Source: Blastocladiella emersonii ATCC 22665 (Eukaryota; Fungi; Blastocladiomycota). From it: DNA of 64,000 nt. Below the pieces are notes generated by a model. The model was not told the DNA's origin. It did not search any database and worked only from the letters and a program-made list of their open reading frames with translations. Of this stretch, positions 45,313 to 57,296 are shown in pieces. Every line of letters starts with the position of its first letter. The stretch's first letter is position 1. The translations under genes were made by a program, and so were the position numbers. The stretch is from assembly GCA_025594325.1 (NCBI GenBank), contig JANHCV010000007.1, forward strand, positions 1,798,001 to 1,862,000. Direction: 5' to 3'.

Positions 45313-46434
45313 ATGCAACCTGCCGCAACGACATTACCGACCTTGACCTCGACCACGACGCGGCTCCTGTGCTGGAACGTGAACGGGATCCGGACCGTGT
45401 TCGGGCGCCCGCCCGCGCGCACCGAGCTTGCGGCGTTCATGCGCGAGCACGGCGGCGCGGACGTCCTGTGTCTGCAGGAGACCAAGCTGTCGGCGCTGTC
45501 GGGCGAAGAGGACGCGGCGCTGATCCACGTTCCCGCGTGCGACACCTTCTACTGCCACAGCGACGACCGCAAGGGGTACTCGGGGACCGCGGTCGTTGCG
45601 CCCGCGGGGACCGCGGTGAGCGCGACGACGGGGGTCGAGGTGCTCGAGGACAACGAAGGTCGTGCCGTGGTGGTTGATTTGGGGGTGTTTGTGCTCGTCA
45701 ACCTGTACTGCCCGAACGGCGGGCGAAACCTCGAGTACAAGTTCACCTTCTACGAGCGGCTCACGGCGTACCTGCGCAAGCTGCACTGGGACGACGGCCG
45801 CGAGCTCGTCGTGTGCGGCGACATGAACGTCACGCACAAGCCGATCGATTTGTGGAACCCCGAGGTCCGTCTGTTCGCGACGGATAGCGCAGTCCCCGCT
45901 CGTCACTCACTCCCCCGCGCGAGAGTGTAGAAGAACAAGGCCTCAATCGGGTGCACCCCCAAAGAACGCGCCCTCCTCGATCTCCTGACCGCGGACCGCG
46001 AGTCCGGCGGCGTCGCGCTGGTCGACACGTTCCGCCACCTTCACGGCGACGTGGGCGACGCGTACACGTTCTGGGACATGCGGACCAACAAGCGGCCGAC
46101 GAACCAGGGGTGGCGCATCGACTACTTTTACGTGACGCCCGGGCTCGTAAGCAAAGTGGTCGCGGCCGAGATTTTGGCGGATGTACAGGGGTCCGACCAC
46201 TGCCCGATCGCCCTGACGCTCGACGTGCAGCTCGAGCGCGGCCGCAAGCCCGTCAAGGAGGCGGCGAACCGCCGGTTCCCCAAGGCCAGGACGATCACGT
46301 CGTTCTTTGCGCCCAAGAAGCGCGCGGCGGCCGAGGCGGTGGCGGCGGCGGCGGCGGATGGGGAGAAGACAGATGAGCGCGACAAGAAGCGCGCCAAGCC
46401 TGCAGTCGCGGAGAAGAAGAAGGGCAAGGCGTGA
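45313..46434 (+). CDS. AP endonuclease, exonuclease III (EEP) family; intron 45865-45930
   Basis: WNVNGIR, LCLQETK, GYSGTA, EGR, NLYCPNG, CGDMNVTH, DTFR, YTFW, GWRIDY and SDHCP. Confidence 0.95.
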
Positions 46435-46457
46435 TACAAAACCGTTTATGCTCCTCG

Positions 46458-47883
46458 CTAGATCTGAATCCGCCCCGTCCCGCGCCACTTTGCGCGGGCC
46501 CACTCGATGGCGTCGATGGCGGCGTCAATGTGTGGCACGGCCTCGAAGCCGGGGAGACGCAGCACGAAGAAGTTGTAGGCGAGGCGGCCGAAGAAGTAGA
46601 CGAGCAGAAGCGAGAAGACGCTACAAGTTGTTCGTGTGTAAGTGCGGGTGGGGAAAAAAGGTCGGATCGACATACATCCAGCCAAAGATGGCGCCGCCGC
46701 TGGGGCCGAGGGTGGAGAGGTCACAGCCGGCGCGCGAGGGGAACTCGAAGACGGTCTTGCCGCACGCCGTGTGGCCCTCGACGACCTTGAGGCCGCCGTT
46801 GTCGCCCGTCTACGAGGGGAGCACGAATCAGTCGATGCGGCGGGCGTGGAGTAGCGCAGAGCGAGTACCAGGGAGGAGGTGCAGGGGAAGCGGACGACGG
46901 TGGTGCGCGGGACGCCGTCGGCGCACTGCTCGCCGTCCTTGAGGGTCCAGGTGAGGATGCCGTCTACGAGTGGGAGCGCGAGTCGGTGAACCAGCCGCGA
47001 CAGCGAGGAGGTGGAAACCGTACTCTCGACAGAGAGCTTGCCGCGCGACCCGAGCGAGCGCTTGGTCGGGTTCGCCTCGTCCTTGGCAAGGCCGCAGACG
47101 GCAGCGCCGTTCGGGCACCCGCGCGACCCGTCGGCGGGGCTGTCGACGAGGCCGTTGCCGCAAAAGTTGAGCCAGAAGGTATCCTGCGGGGTGTCCACCT
47201 GGTAGTTGAAGGAGGCGGCGCGCAGGGGCGCGAGCGAGTAGCGGTTGGTTCCGAGAGTGCACCCGTCGGAGCCGTCGGGCCCGTTGGAGGTGGCGGCGGT
47301 CGGGCAGGCGTGGCGCGAGACGGCCTCGAAGCGGTAGTTGCACTGGTTGAGCTCCTTGACGTAGCGCGGGCGGACCTCGGGGGTGGTGGAGCCGTTGCGC
47401 AGCTGGTTGCAGGCAATGGCCATCTCGAAGGACATGGGGGTGGACGAGCCCGGGCAGATGCCGGTGCCCGTCATGCGGTACAGCACGGTGACGGGGTCGT
47501 CGGGCGAGCGCTGGATGTCGGTCTGGGCGGAGGCGGTGGTGCCGATGGACTCCCAGTGCTGCGTGCGGGGTCGTGTGTGAGTGAGTGGGTGATGTGTGGG
47601 AACGAGCAGAGTGCGCACCGAGGCGTTGTTGCGGAAAGTCATGCATGCGCCGGAGCCGGGCGGGCAGCGCGGCTCGACGACGGGGCCGCACAGGTTGTAG
47701 TAGAACTGGTTCTGGGCATCGGTGGGGGCGAAGAAGTCGCTACGGGGGAGGAGTGGGAGTTAGGGCGGGCGGCGAGCGAGTTGCGCGAGGGGCGGCAGCG
47801 TACGCCTGCAGGCGGCGCAGCGGGGTCAGGTCAAAGTGGCCCGCGGGCTTGTCGAAGATGCATGGTGCCGTGTCGGATGCCAT
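46458..47883 (-). CDS. Mannose-6-phosphate-receptor-homology (MRH) domain membrane protein (Atg27/Mrl1/CD-MPR-like), multi-exon
   Basis: Two Cys-patterned MRH-like units (FDLTPL...FYYNLCG...C.Y.F...SRHAC; YSLAPL...FWLNFCG...GEQC...RTTVVRFPC). C-terminal TM followed by YNFFVLRLPGFEAVPHID. Confidence 0.75.
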
Positions 47884-48707
47884 TGCAGCGGGTGTGGCGC
47901 GTTGGTTTAGGGGAAAGAGCGGAGGGCGGAGCCGAGGGGAAACGCGAAGGGAAGGCGCGGCGGTCAGGGCAACGTGATGCAGCGTGATCCCGGGAGAATC
48001 GGGAAGTGGCCCACGCGACCCGACGCGGAACGGGGGGCGAGTGGTGCCCCGGGCTTCCCTGCGGGTTTCCGCTTCGCCGCGCAGCAGGCCGCGCAGCCGA
48101 ATCCGCATCGACCCATCGGGAAGGACAACATCTCGCCCGCTCTGCCACTGCTGCCACTGACTGCACTGCCTGCCGAGCCGCCCGCCCCTGCGACTCGAGC
48201 CCGACGCACGGCGCATACACTCGAGCCCGACGCACGACGCACGCCCATCCGGCCGACGCACCAAGGCGCACCGACACGTTGCCGCGCCGCCGCGAGCGAG
48301 ACTGCGCCCGACCACGCTCCGCCGTCGCACCGTCCTCGGACCGGCCACCCCGATCCGAGCGAGCGAGCGCCCGTGCGCGCCCAAGGCCGCCGCGAGTGGA
48401 GTGTGCGCGCGAGCCGCCGCGCCCGTCCCTTGATACCCGGTCACCCCTCGGCCGCCTCTACTCCCCGCCTCGCCGCCCGCCCCGATTCCTCTCTATGCGC
48501 CAGACCCGGCCCGCCGCAACCGCCCCCGCCCCCGCCCCCGCCCCCGCCTACTTCTGAGAAGAGACCCCCGACCCCCACCGGACCCGGCGCTCTCCCGCCC
48601 TCTAGACCGGCACCATACCTCCCCCGTACCCCTCGCCCTACCCCTCCCCCTATACCCGTGCGACTGCCCCGCGCCCGCAGCCGTACCATACCCGCTCCTG
48701 GCGCTCC

Positions 48708-49051
48708 ATGGACCAGCACCCGCCGCGCGACAACGGTCCCGCTCAAGGCGCCGATCCGTACTCGCCCTACTACCCGCCGCTGCCGCTGCTGCCGCCCTCG
48801 CAGCCGCTGCCCGTCGCCGTCCCGCACCGCCTCGACCCCTACGAGTACCCGCCCTACCCCTACCCGCAGCACCCGCCGCACCCGCACTCGCGCCAGTACC
48901 CGCCGCCGCCCCAGCAGCAGCACCTCCAGCACCACGCACACCCGCACCAGCAGCACCTGCACCACTCGTACTGGCCCAACCCGCAGCCGACCTCCCACCG
49001 TGGCGGCATGCAGCACCCGCACCAGCACTTGCACCACCCGCACCACCTGCT

Positions 49052-49082
<31 letters not shown>

Positions 49083-52000
49083 CAGTCGCACCAGCACCAT
49101 TTGGCTCAGCAGCAGCAGTCGCACCAGCAGCAGCTGCACGCCCAGCTCCACCTTCAGCAGCAGCAGCAGCAGCAACAACAACAGCTGCAGCAGCCCGCCG
49201 CCCACCCGTCCCCCTTTGGCTCGGCCTCGGGATCGCCCGCCAGCTCCGTCTTCGGGTCGCCCGCCACCATGACCAACGACCCGCACGCTGCTGCTGCTGC
49301 CGCGGCCGCGGCCGCCGCCGATCCGCCCAACGCGGACCCGGCGCCGGCCCCTGCACCTGCGCCGACCGCCCCGCTCAAGCGCACCGCCTCCAAGGCGGCC
49401 GCCGCGTCTAGGGCGGCCGCGTCGTCGACCGCCTCGGCTGCGCCAAAACGGACCCGCAAGCGCGCGCGCGTCGGCGCGGCTCCCAACGAGTCGCTGACCA
49501 GCACGGCCAACGCTATCGCCGCATCGGCGATCGCGCGCGCTGCCGAGGTCGACGACCCGTCGTCCGCCAACCACGGCGGCGACGATCCGTCGGCTCCCGC
49601 CAGCGGCGCCAACTCGGACTACCTCCTCTCGTCCGCCGCGCCCTCGGCCGCGCCCTCGCCCTCGTCCGCCGTCATGCAGCCCGTCCCACCACCCGCCCAC
49701 CCGCCAGCTGCTGCTGCCGCCGACGCGGCGGGCGCTCCGGCTGCCGCCACGGGTCCCGGTAACGCTACCACCTGGACGCGCGGCCGCCGCAAGATCGGCA
49801 CCGCCTACATCCTCGACAAGAACCGCCGCCACATCACTTTTAGCAAGCGCAAGGCCGGTTTGCTCAAGAAGGTCCGCTTTCCGCTCGTTTCTTGGCACGC
49901 ACGCGCGCGACGCGACGTTACTGACTCTCTCTCCGCTCCCGCACAATCAACAGGCCAACGAACTCGCCTGCCTTACGGGCACCGAGGTGCTGCTCATCAT
50001 CGCTTCCGAAGCAGGAACTATTTATTTTCACGCAACTGAGCGCCTCAAGGCCCTCGTGGACGGCAGCGAGGCCAAGCAGCGCATCTCCGACTGCCTCAAG
50101 AACACGCGCCACCTCAGCTACGGCGCCCAGCAGGTCGCCGCTGCCCAAGCCGCGGCCGCGGCGGCGGCTGCCGCGCAGGCCCAGGCCGCTGCCGACGCCG
50201 CCAGCGCCGCTGCGGGCTCGTCCTCGGCCGCTGCGACCCCGGCGCCGGCCGCTGCACCTGCACCGCCCGCGCCCGTGCCGCCCGCCAACGCGCGCCCGCC
50301 CATCTACAAGTTCGTCAAGATGCAGCCGCCCGACTCGGCCGGCGTCGTCTACACCCCGCTCCCCGGCTCGCCCGACGTCGCCGGCGCCGCTGCAGCTGCG
50401 GCTGCTGCGGCAGCTCCCGCTCCCGCGGCGACCGTCGCTGAGCAGCTCGCCGCTGGTCCCGACACGGCCGTGATCCAGTCGACGCCCTCGTCGCTTTCCT
50501 CGTCGGCCGCCACCACGGCCCAGAACAGCTCCGCCGGCGGCTTCATCGCGCCGCAGGCCCGTGCCAGCACCAGCTTGCCCAATGCGGCCGCGGTCGCGGC
50601 TGCTGCTGCCGCGTCCCAGTCGCCCGCTCTCCCGGGTCCCGGCAACAGCCAAGGTCTCGGCGGGTGGCCGGCCAGCGCGCACACGATTGCGCCGTCGGTT
50701 CTCGCCGCGAGCGCCGACGCCGCGTCGGGCATGGGCATCGAGTCGGTCGCGCAGCTGTTGTCGGGTTCCGCCGGCGGTGCCTCCTCGCACTCGTTGCTCG
50801 TCGACCACATGGCAGCGGCTTCGGCCGAGGACCACCACCACCACCACCACCACGGCGGGCACCACGCGCACATGCACCACGCGCACCACCACCACCATTT
50901 CGGCGGCACCGGCAGCGCGTCCGGCGGGCTCCCCGACACGTCGTCGTCGCTCGGCAACCTGCTCGACGCCGCCGGTAACCCCGCCGGCGGGTCGGCCGAC
51001 CCGCACCAGCAGCCACCGCTGTATTTCGGCCAGCCCACGATCAAGGTCGACCACTCGGACACGCACCACACGCAGCAGCAGCATCAGGACGCCGCCGACT
51101 ACGCGCCCGGTTCGTCGGCCGACGTGTACATGAGCCTCGAGCAGCACGCCGCTGGCATGCAGCCGCAGCAGTCGAGCCGCGGCACGTCGGTGCACTACCA
51201 CCACCACGTGTCGCCGCACCCGCAGGTCTCGTCGCAGCAGGCGTCGCCGCACCCGGCCAACCCCGAGTCGGCCATGTACGCCGTCGCGGCTGCGGCCGTC
51301 GCCGCGGCAGCCGCGGGGAACGGGTCCAATAACGACAGCGGCATGCTCCTCGCGCCGTCAACCGCCGCGGCGCAGTTCGGCACCCGGTCCGCGCACTCGT
51401 CGCCCGGGCTCGTCGCGTCCTCGCAGCAGCAGCAGACGCAGCAGCCGATGCTCGGGTCCGGCACCTCGTCGCTCGACTACGCGGCCGTCGCGGCCGTGTC
51501 GGGCCACGACCAATCGTCGCAATTCGACTTTTTCGGGGGTGGCGGGCCCGCCGACCACCCGGCCATGGCGATCCAGCCGCCACCGCAGCAGTACTCGCAC
51601 CACGCGCAGCGGTACGGCAGTGGCGGCGGTGGGATGCGCCACTACCCGCCGCACCCGCACGCGCAGATGCTCCTCGGCCAGTCGCCGCACGCGCTCCCGC
51701 CGCCCCAGCAGCACATGTCGCAGCAGCAACAGGCGTACCTCGAGGCGACCGCCGCGCTCCGGCTCTCGTACGGGCCCGGCGCACCGGCTGCCGGCGGCAG
51801 CGCTGGCTCGCCCGGCCTTGGGTACCCCGCCGGCTACCCCGGCGCGTCCGCGTCGCCGCACGCGTACCACGCCCAGCAGCAGCAGCAGCAGTATCCCGAG
51901 TCGCGCTCGCGCGGCGGGAGCATGGGGCCCGGCTACCCGGCGGCGCTCGGCAGCGGCGGCGGCATGATGCCCGGCGGCGGCGGCGGTAAGACGTCGAGCC

Positions 52001-52248
52001 CCGCTTCCGCGATCGCGCGGTTCAACAGCGCCAACGCGTCGTCGTCGTCCGCGCCCGGGTCCGCCAACGGGTCCCCCGTCGCGGGCGCGCCCGGCGCGCG
52101 CCAGCCGCGCGGGTCGTCGTCGTTCCACCGCGCCAGCGGCGACGCGACGGGGTCCGGCGCGTCATCGCCCGGCAGCGATCTCGGGTTCGTCGCGGGCGCG
52201 GCGCTGAACGAGGCCGCGGCGGGCGATGGCGACCACCACCAGCAGTAG
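48708..52248 (+). CDS. SRF/Mcm1-type MADS-box transcription factor with long Q/H/A-rich regions; intron 49872-49953
   Basis: Spliced RGRRKIGTAYILDKNRRHITFSKRKAGLLKK|ANELACLTGTEVLLIIASEAGTIYFHAT...ISDCL. Confidence 0.9.
49053..49192 (+). repeat. CAG/CAA polyglutamine tracts within the MADS gene
   Basis: Two mixed CAG/CAA runs of about 11 Gln each, with HQ-rich spacing. Confidence 0.85.
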
Positions 52249-53127
52249 ACGCACGCTGCCCCTCCCTCCCCACCACCACTTGCGATGATACCACCCACCA
52301 CCCCCGCCTCGCGCTGCCGCTCACCTCACGGTTTTTTCGATCCCCTCCCACCCCTTCATCGTGTACCCCTTTCTCCTCCTCCCCGATCTCATTGTGTGTG
52401 TGCACCCTCTCTCCCCTTCCCTCTTCCCTTTACACTAGTCTCCCGCTTGTGCCCCGCTTCTCTCCCCCCTTCCCCACCCTACCCCGCGGCCACCGACGTC
52501 GAGCAGAGTCATTTTTGCGGGCGCCATCGATCGCGTGCAGCTCGCGCTCGCGCGCGTGTCGCCCGGTTCGGCGTATTTCCTCGCTCCACGTCGTGCTGAC
52601 CGAGTTTTCCTCCCTCCTCTCTTGTTTGCTTTTCGTTGCTCCCCTCCCTCCTCCCTTTCGCCCTCCTTTTCGCTCGTTTTTCGTCAGCGACGTGCTCCTT
52701 CCCCCAAGATACCCCCCACGACCATCAACCCGCCGATCAATGTATTGAATCGTCTATTTTCTTGACCCCGGTGTTGTGCGACTGGATTGCGAGGATGAGG
52801 GACGGGTATAGCGGTGCCCGACGCGTCGCGTCGCGCGAGACGGAGGTGCGAGACAGTCGACACGTGTTTGATCGACGCGTGGCCGCCTGGCGTTGTTTGT
52901 GTGGCGGAGCGGGCCTCGCGCAAGGTTCTGGACGAGTCAGGCAAGGGAGCTCGAGAGCGTCAGACACACTTCATCAGGGGAGCGTCGCCTGTCCCCGCTT
53001 CGAGCAGCGAAGGACGTGAGGATCAAGTGGGTCGCTCACGCGGGAGGCAGAGATGGAGATGGTTCCGTAGATAATTACATTACACACTAGAGCAGCATAG
53101 GATGAACAAGACAAAAAAGAAGAGAGC

Positions 53128-53815
53128 TTAGGCGTTGGGGTCCTGGACGACGCCGACCTGCGCTGGCCGCAGGACGCGGCCCTTGAGCATGTACCCGGCC
53201 TTGGCGACCTGGAGCAGGGTGCCCGGTTCGCGGCCGGGGACGGGGGCCTGGAACAGGGCCTGGTGCAGGTTGTGGTCGAACTTGTCGCCCTCGACGGCGT
53301 CGATGCGCTCGACGCCGTGGCGGTGGAACGTCTTGTGCAGCTCGTCGGACGTGAGCGTGAGCCCCTCGTGCAGGTTCTTGAGGTCCTTGCTCGCGGCGAG
53401 CGCGTCGGGCTTGACGCTGTCGAGGGCGAGCGCCAGCACGTCGGCAATCGACAGCAGGTCCTTGGCAAACTTCTGCACGGCAAACTGGTGCGCGTGCTCC
53501 ACCTCGCGCTTGGTCCGCTCGCGCAGGTTCTCGGCGTCGGCCAGCGCCCGGCGGTAGTGGTCCGTCAGCTCCGACAGCTTCACGTCCTTGTCCTTGAGCT
53601 GCGACGTCAGCTTGTCGACCTGCGCCGACAGCTCGGCCGTCGCCTTGGCGGCCGCCTCGGCGTCGGCGGAGGAGGGCGCGGCGGTCTCGCCCTCGGCAGC
53701 GGGCTTGGCGGCGGCGTCCTGGAAGCGCGCGGCCGTCGCGGACAGGGCGCGGGCGGGGACCATGGCGGCGGCGGCCCTTGCGACGGCGGCGGTGCGGATG
53801 GCGGCGACGAACATG
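53128..53815 (-). CDS. MGE1: Mitochondrial GrpE nucleotide-exchange factor (Mge1)
   Basis: Arg/Ala-rich presequence, YRRALADAENLRERT, FAVQKFAKDLL, KFDHNLHQALF and GYMLKGRVLRPAQVGV. Confidence 0.96.
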
Positions 53816-54175
53816 GTGTTGATGCGTAGCGTAGCGGTAGAGCTTCTTTTTAAAAATGCTTTGATGCGGGAGCGTAGGAGAGGGAGGGCGGGGCGGGCCG
53901 GCCTTCTTGAGGGCTGCAGCTTCACGACGGGTTTTCCGTGATCGGCAACAGGCGCGTGCACGCGCGCCGCCGCGGGTTTTCGCCGGGTTTTCGCGCGCTT
54001 GTTGGGCCCAAGCGCGCGTCACGCGACCGGCGTGCCAGGCGCGTCTCGCCGCTCCTTCGACGGCCGCCGCTCGCAATCGCCTCTCGCACTCTTCTCTCAG
54101 TCGGCCAGCCAGCGATGACACAACGACGTCTCTTGGCAATGCATTCTTCATGACACCAGACTTGTGAGGAACGCC

Positions 54176-55384
54176 CTACCCAAAGTTCTGCAGCAGCTTG
54201 TTCTGCGTCTTGGAGTCCTTGGGCAGGCCCTTGATGAGCCAGAGGGCGCCGGCGTTCTTGACGTATGCCGTGACGAGCTTGGGAGTCGGGTCCATCTTCC
54301 CGGAAGCGTACATCTCGCTGGTGTACTGCGCGAGCACGCCCGCGGCGTACCCCGTGGCCATGGACGTGCCGCTGCGCACCTCGGACCCGCCGCCCATGCG
54401 CGTCGACTCGACCTCGACGCCCGGCGCCACCATCTTGACGCACGGCCCGTAGTTGGACCACGTCGCCCACTGGTCCTTGTCGTCCGACGCGCCGACCGTC
54501 AGCACCCGCGGCTCCGACGCGGGCGACTCGAGACACGCGTCCGTGCCCGAGTTCCCCGCCGCTGCGGCCGCCACCAGCCGGTTGTCGTACGCCGCCGACA
54601 GCGCCATGTTGAGCGCGTCCGTCTTGGGCGCCGAGATGGCGAGCGACGCGACCTTGGTGCGGCCCGTCAGCTTGGCGTCGTTGGCCGCCCACGTGATCCC
54701 CGCCAGGATCCCCGACATGGTCCCGGCGCCGTTCTTGTCGAGCACGCGCACCGACACGACGCGCGCGCGCTTGGCGACGCCCCACGTCGCCGACGCCGCG
54801 AGCCCCGCGACGTGCGTGCCGTGCCCGTTCTCGTCGCGCCCGTCGGCGCACCCGTCACAGAAGGCGGGCCCGTACTCGACGCGGCCGCCGAAATCCGCGT
54901 GCCCACCGTCCACGCCCGTGTCGATCGCGTAGATGGTCACGCCCGCGCCCGCCACGTCCGGGTACACGAACGGCTTGGTCAGGTCGAGCGCGCGCGTCGA
55001 TAGGCGGCGAAGGCCCCACGACGCCGGCGATTCCTGCACCCCGGCCGCGCGCACGGGCACGTCGGGCTCGACCAGCGCTACCTTGGCGTGGCCTGCGAGT
55101 TTCGCGGCCAGGCGCGGCGAGAAGGTCCCCGCGTACCCCTTGAACCCGTCGAGCGTGTACTCGTGCGACACGGCCGAGACGATCCCGCCGGTCGTTGTGG
55201 CCTCGCGCGCGTTCTCGGCCGCCACCTCGGCCTTGAGTGCGCGCGTGAAGGCGCGCTGGTCCGCGTCGCCGCGCAGCACCACCACGTACTTGTGCGGGAG
55301 CGCGTCCGTCGGCCCGCGCTGCGGCGCCGCCGCGGTGAGCGTGCAGAGCGTGGCGAGGAGGGCGAGCAGGTAGGTCAACTGCAT
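54176..55384 (-). CDS. Secreted subtilisin (S8A, proteinase K-like) with signal peptide and I9 prodomain
   Basis: Signal peptide MQLTYLLALLATLCTLTAA. Catalytic triad motifs IDTG, HGTHVAG and SGTSMA, plus AAGN. TATAAA lies about 65 nt upstream. Confidence 0.96.
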   Translation of the reverse strand: MQLTYLLALLATLCTLTAAAPQRGPTDALPHKYVVVLRGDADQRAFTRALKAEVAAENAREATTTGGIVSAVSHEYTLDGFKGYAGTFSPRLAAKLAGHAKVALVEPDVPVRAAGVQESPASWGLRRLSTRALDLTKPFVYPDVAGAGVTIYAIDTGVDGGHADFGGRVEYGPAFCDGCADGRDENGHGTHVAGLAASATWGVAKRARVVSVRVLDKNGAGTMSGILAGITWAANDAKLTGRTKVASLAISAPKTDALNMALSAAYDNRLVAAAAAGNSGTDACLESPASEPRVLTVGASDDKDQWATWSNYGPCVKMVAPGVEVESTRMGGGSEVRSGTSMATGYAAGVLAQYTSEMYASGKMDPTPKLVTAYVKNAGALWLIKGLPKDSKTQNKLLQNFG

Positions 55385-55773
55385 CTTGGTCTATGAGTTT
55401 GAGAGGTTCTCTGATGGGAGAGAGGGGCGGAGGCGGGCGGCACTGCGCTTTATACTCTCGGCGGCCGACACGGCGACGCCGCCCTGGCTTGATTCGTGCA
55501 CGCGCGCTCGACGATGGGGCCCACGCGGCAACGTATCGTTAGGGTGGGCGTCGCACCGAACGGGCAGCTGTCCTGCGCCGAGCACGCGCGAAGTGAGAAG
55601 CGCGCGCGTGCAGCGACGCGTGCTGCGCCACCACGGCCGCCACCGTGGCCCCACGCGGGGTCGCCCCTTCCCTTCTCCTCACGGTCAAGTCCTGCAATGG
55701 AAGATAAAAGCGTCTGTATTCACAAAAAAAGGTGCTCCTCTACACATCCGCCCATCCATGACACAACACCTGT

Positions 55774-56319
55774 CTACTGCTTGCGGCGCGGGCGACACTT
55801 GCGCTTGTTCTTCTTCTCGCCCTTATCGCCCGTGCTGATCGGCGCGTCGTGCTCGACGCTGGCCACCTCGGGCCGCGCCGCGAGCACCTTTGCGAGGCGC
55901 GGCGAGAAGGTTCCCGAGTACCCCTTGATCCCGATCTTGAACTCGTGCGCGACCTCGGACACGACGCCGTCGTTCCCACCGCCCTTGGCATTGTCGGCGG
56001 CCACCGCGGCCTCGAGCACGCGCTTGAACGCCGGCTGGTCGGCGCCGTCGCGCAGCAGCAGGATGTACCGGTTGCCGTTCATGGGTGTCGGTTTCGGGGC
56101 CGGCGCTGGGACCACGGGCGCGGGCGCGGGCGCGGGGGCGACACACTTGGGCTGCTGCGCGGGAATGGGAGCGGGGACCGGCGCTGGAGCCGTGGCCGGC
56201 GCGGCGGCAGCAGCTGGGGCACACTTGGGTTGCGCCGTGGCCAAGACCACGGGCGAGGCCGTGGCGAGGATCGCGAGCGTGGCGAGCAGGGCGAGGAGCC
56301 AGGTGGCGGGGATCTGCAT
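55774..56319 (-). CDS. Secreted stand-alone peptidase-inhibitor I9 (subtilisin prodomain-only) protein with Pro/Ala linker
   Basis: Signal peptide MQIPATWLLALLATLAILATA, two QPKC repeats, then RYILLLRDGADQPAFKR...GIKGYSGTFSPRLA...VASVEHDAPI, which mirrors the neighbouring prodomain. No catalytic domain. Confidence 0.85.
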   Translation of the reverse strand: MQIPATWLLALLATLAILATASPVVLATAQPKCAPAAAAAPATAPAPVPAPIPAQQPKCVAPAPAPAPVVPAPAPKPTPMNGNRYILLLRDGADQPAFKRVLEAAVAADNAKGGGNDGVVSEVAHEFKIGIKGYSGTFSPRLAKVLAARPEVASVEHDAPISTGDKGEKKNKRKCRPRRKQ

Positions 56320-57296
56320 CGTTCTCTCTAGTCTAAACATGTACGGAATAGGGCCAGCAGGGAGGCGCGGGGACCCAGTCCTCTTATGCTCCCTCGCGCA
56401 GGCGCTGCCGCGATGCTGCTGCGGCGCACGGCCGAGCGAAAAGCTTGGCCGGAGCTGCAGGAGCATCCTGCAGGACGCGCGCCGCGTGATGCGCCACGTC
56501 GCGGCGCCACGTTGGCCCTGCTCGTTCGCTCGCTCGCCCGCTCGCTCGCCAGGATCAGTTGTCGCATCAGACGCGAATCGGTGGCGTGCAGCAATTATGC
56601 CCGGGAGCAAGGGAACTTGCCGAGAGAGGGATTACGCGCAGTCGGAGCGGGCGATTCAGTTTCACTGTTGTTGAGGAGCTTGAGCACAGCGCCAGCTCTG
56701 CGATCCGGTTGCCGGGAAACGACACGAAGGGGCTCGTACACCTCTGCACCAGTTCACGTCTTCTACTCAAGCTCTCCAGCTGAACGGAACCGTTGCAGAG
56801 AGTGCATTCGCGTAGATCACAGCGGCGATCAGCCGTGAGACGAGACGCGCTGCGCCCGCGCTGCGCCACCGGTTTCGGCCCACCTGGGCCCGCCGCCGCC
56901 CTGGAGACTTGTCCCTCGGCCGTTGCCAACTTGCCAAGCGACCCCACACTTCAGCGAGCTGCTCCGACAGGACTGTCGACGCTTGCGTTCGGTGAGGAGC
57001 CGATGGTCGACGAGGTCCTGATGGTCGACGCGCGGGCTGCAAGAGTAGGCCCGGATCGCCAAGTTCGAGGTCCTGCGAGGGACGCGTGTCCACTCGTCAA
57101 TGACATGCCGGCTTCACCACCATGGGACTAATCAAGCACGAAACGAGTTGAGTCATGAAATCCAGGCGTGGTCGGAGCGAGGCGTCGCCACCCGTTCGTG
57201 CGTTTGTGCCGCAAAGCATGGCGAACCCTCCTCGCTTCTCCGATCCCTGACGTTGAACGCTTGCTCTCCCCCCGCACTCTTTGCAACGTATCATAC

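Noticed and set aside
52250-53120. Possible ncRNA or gene between MADS and MGE1
   Set aside because: The pyrimidine-rich low-complexity tract is consistent with a long 3' UTR. No tRNA, snRNA or coding signature was recognised.
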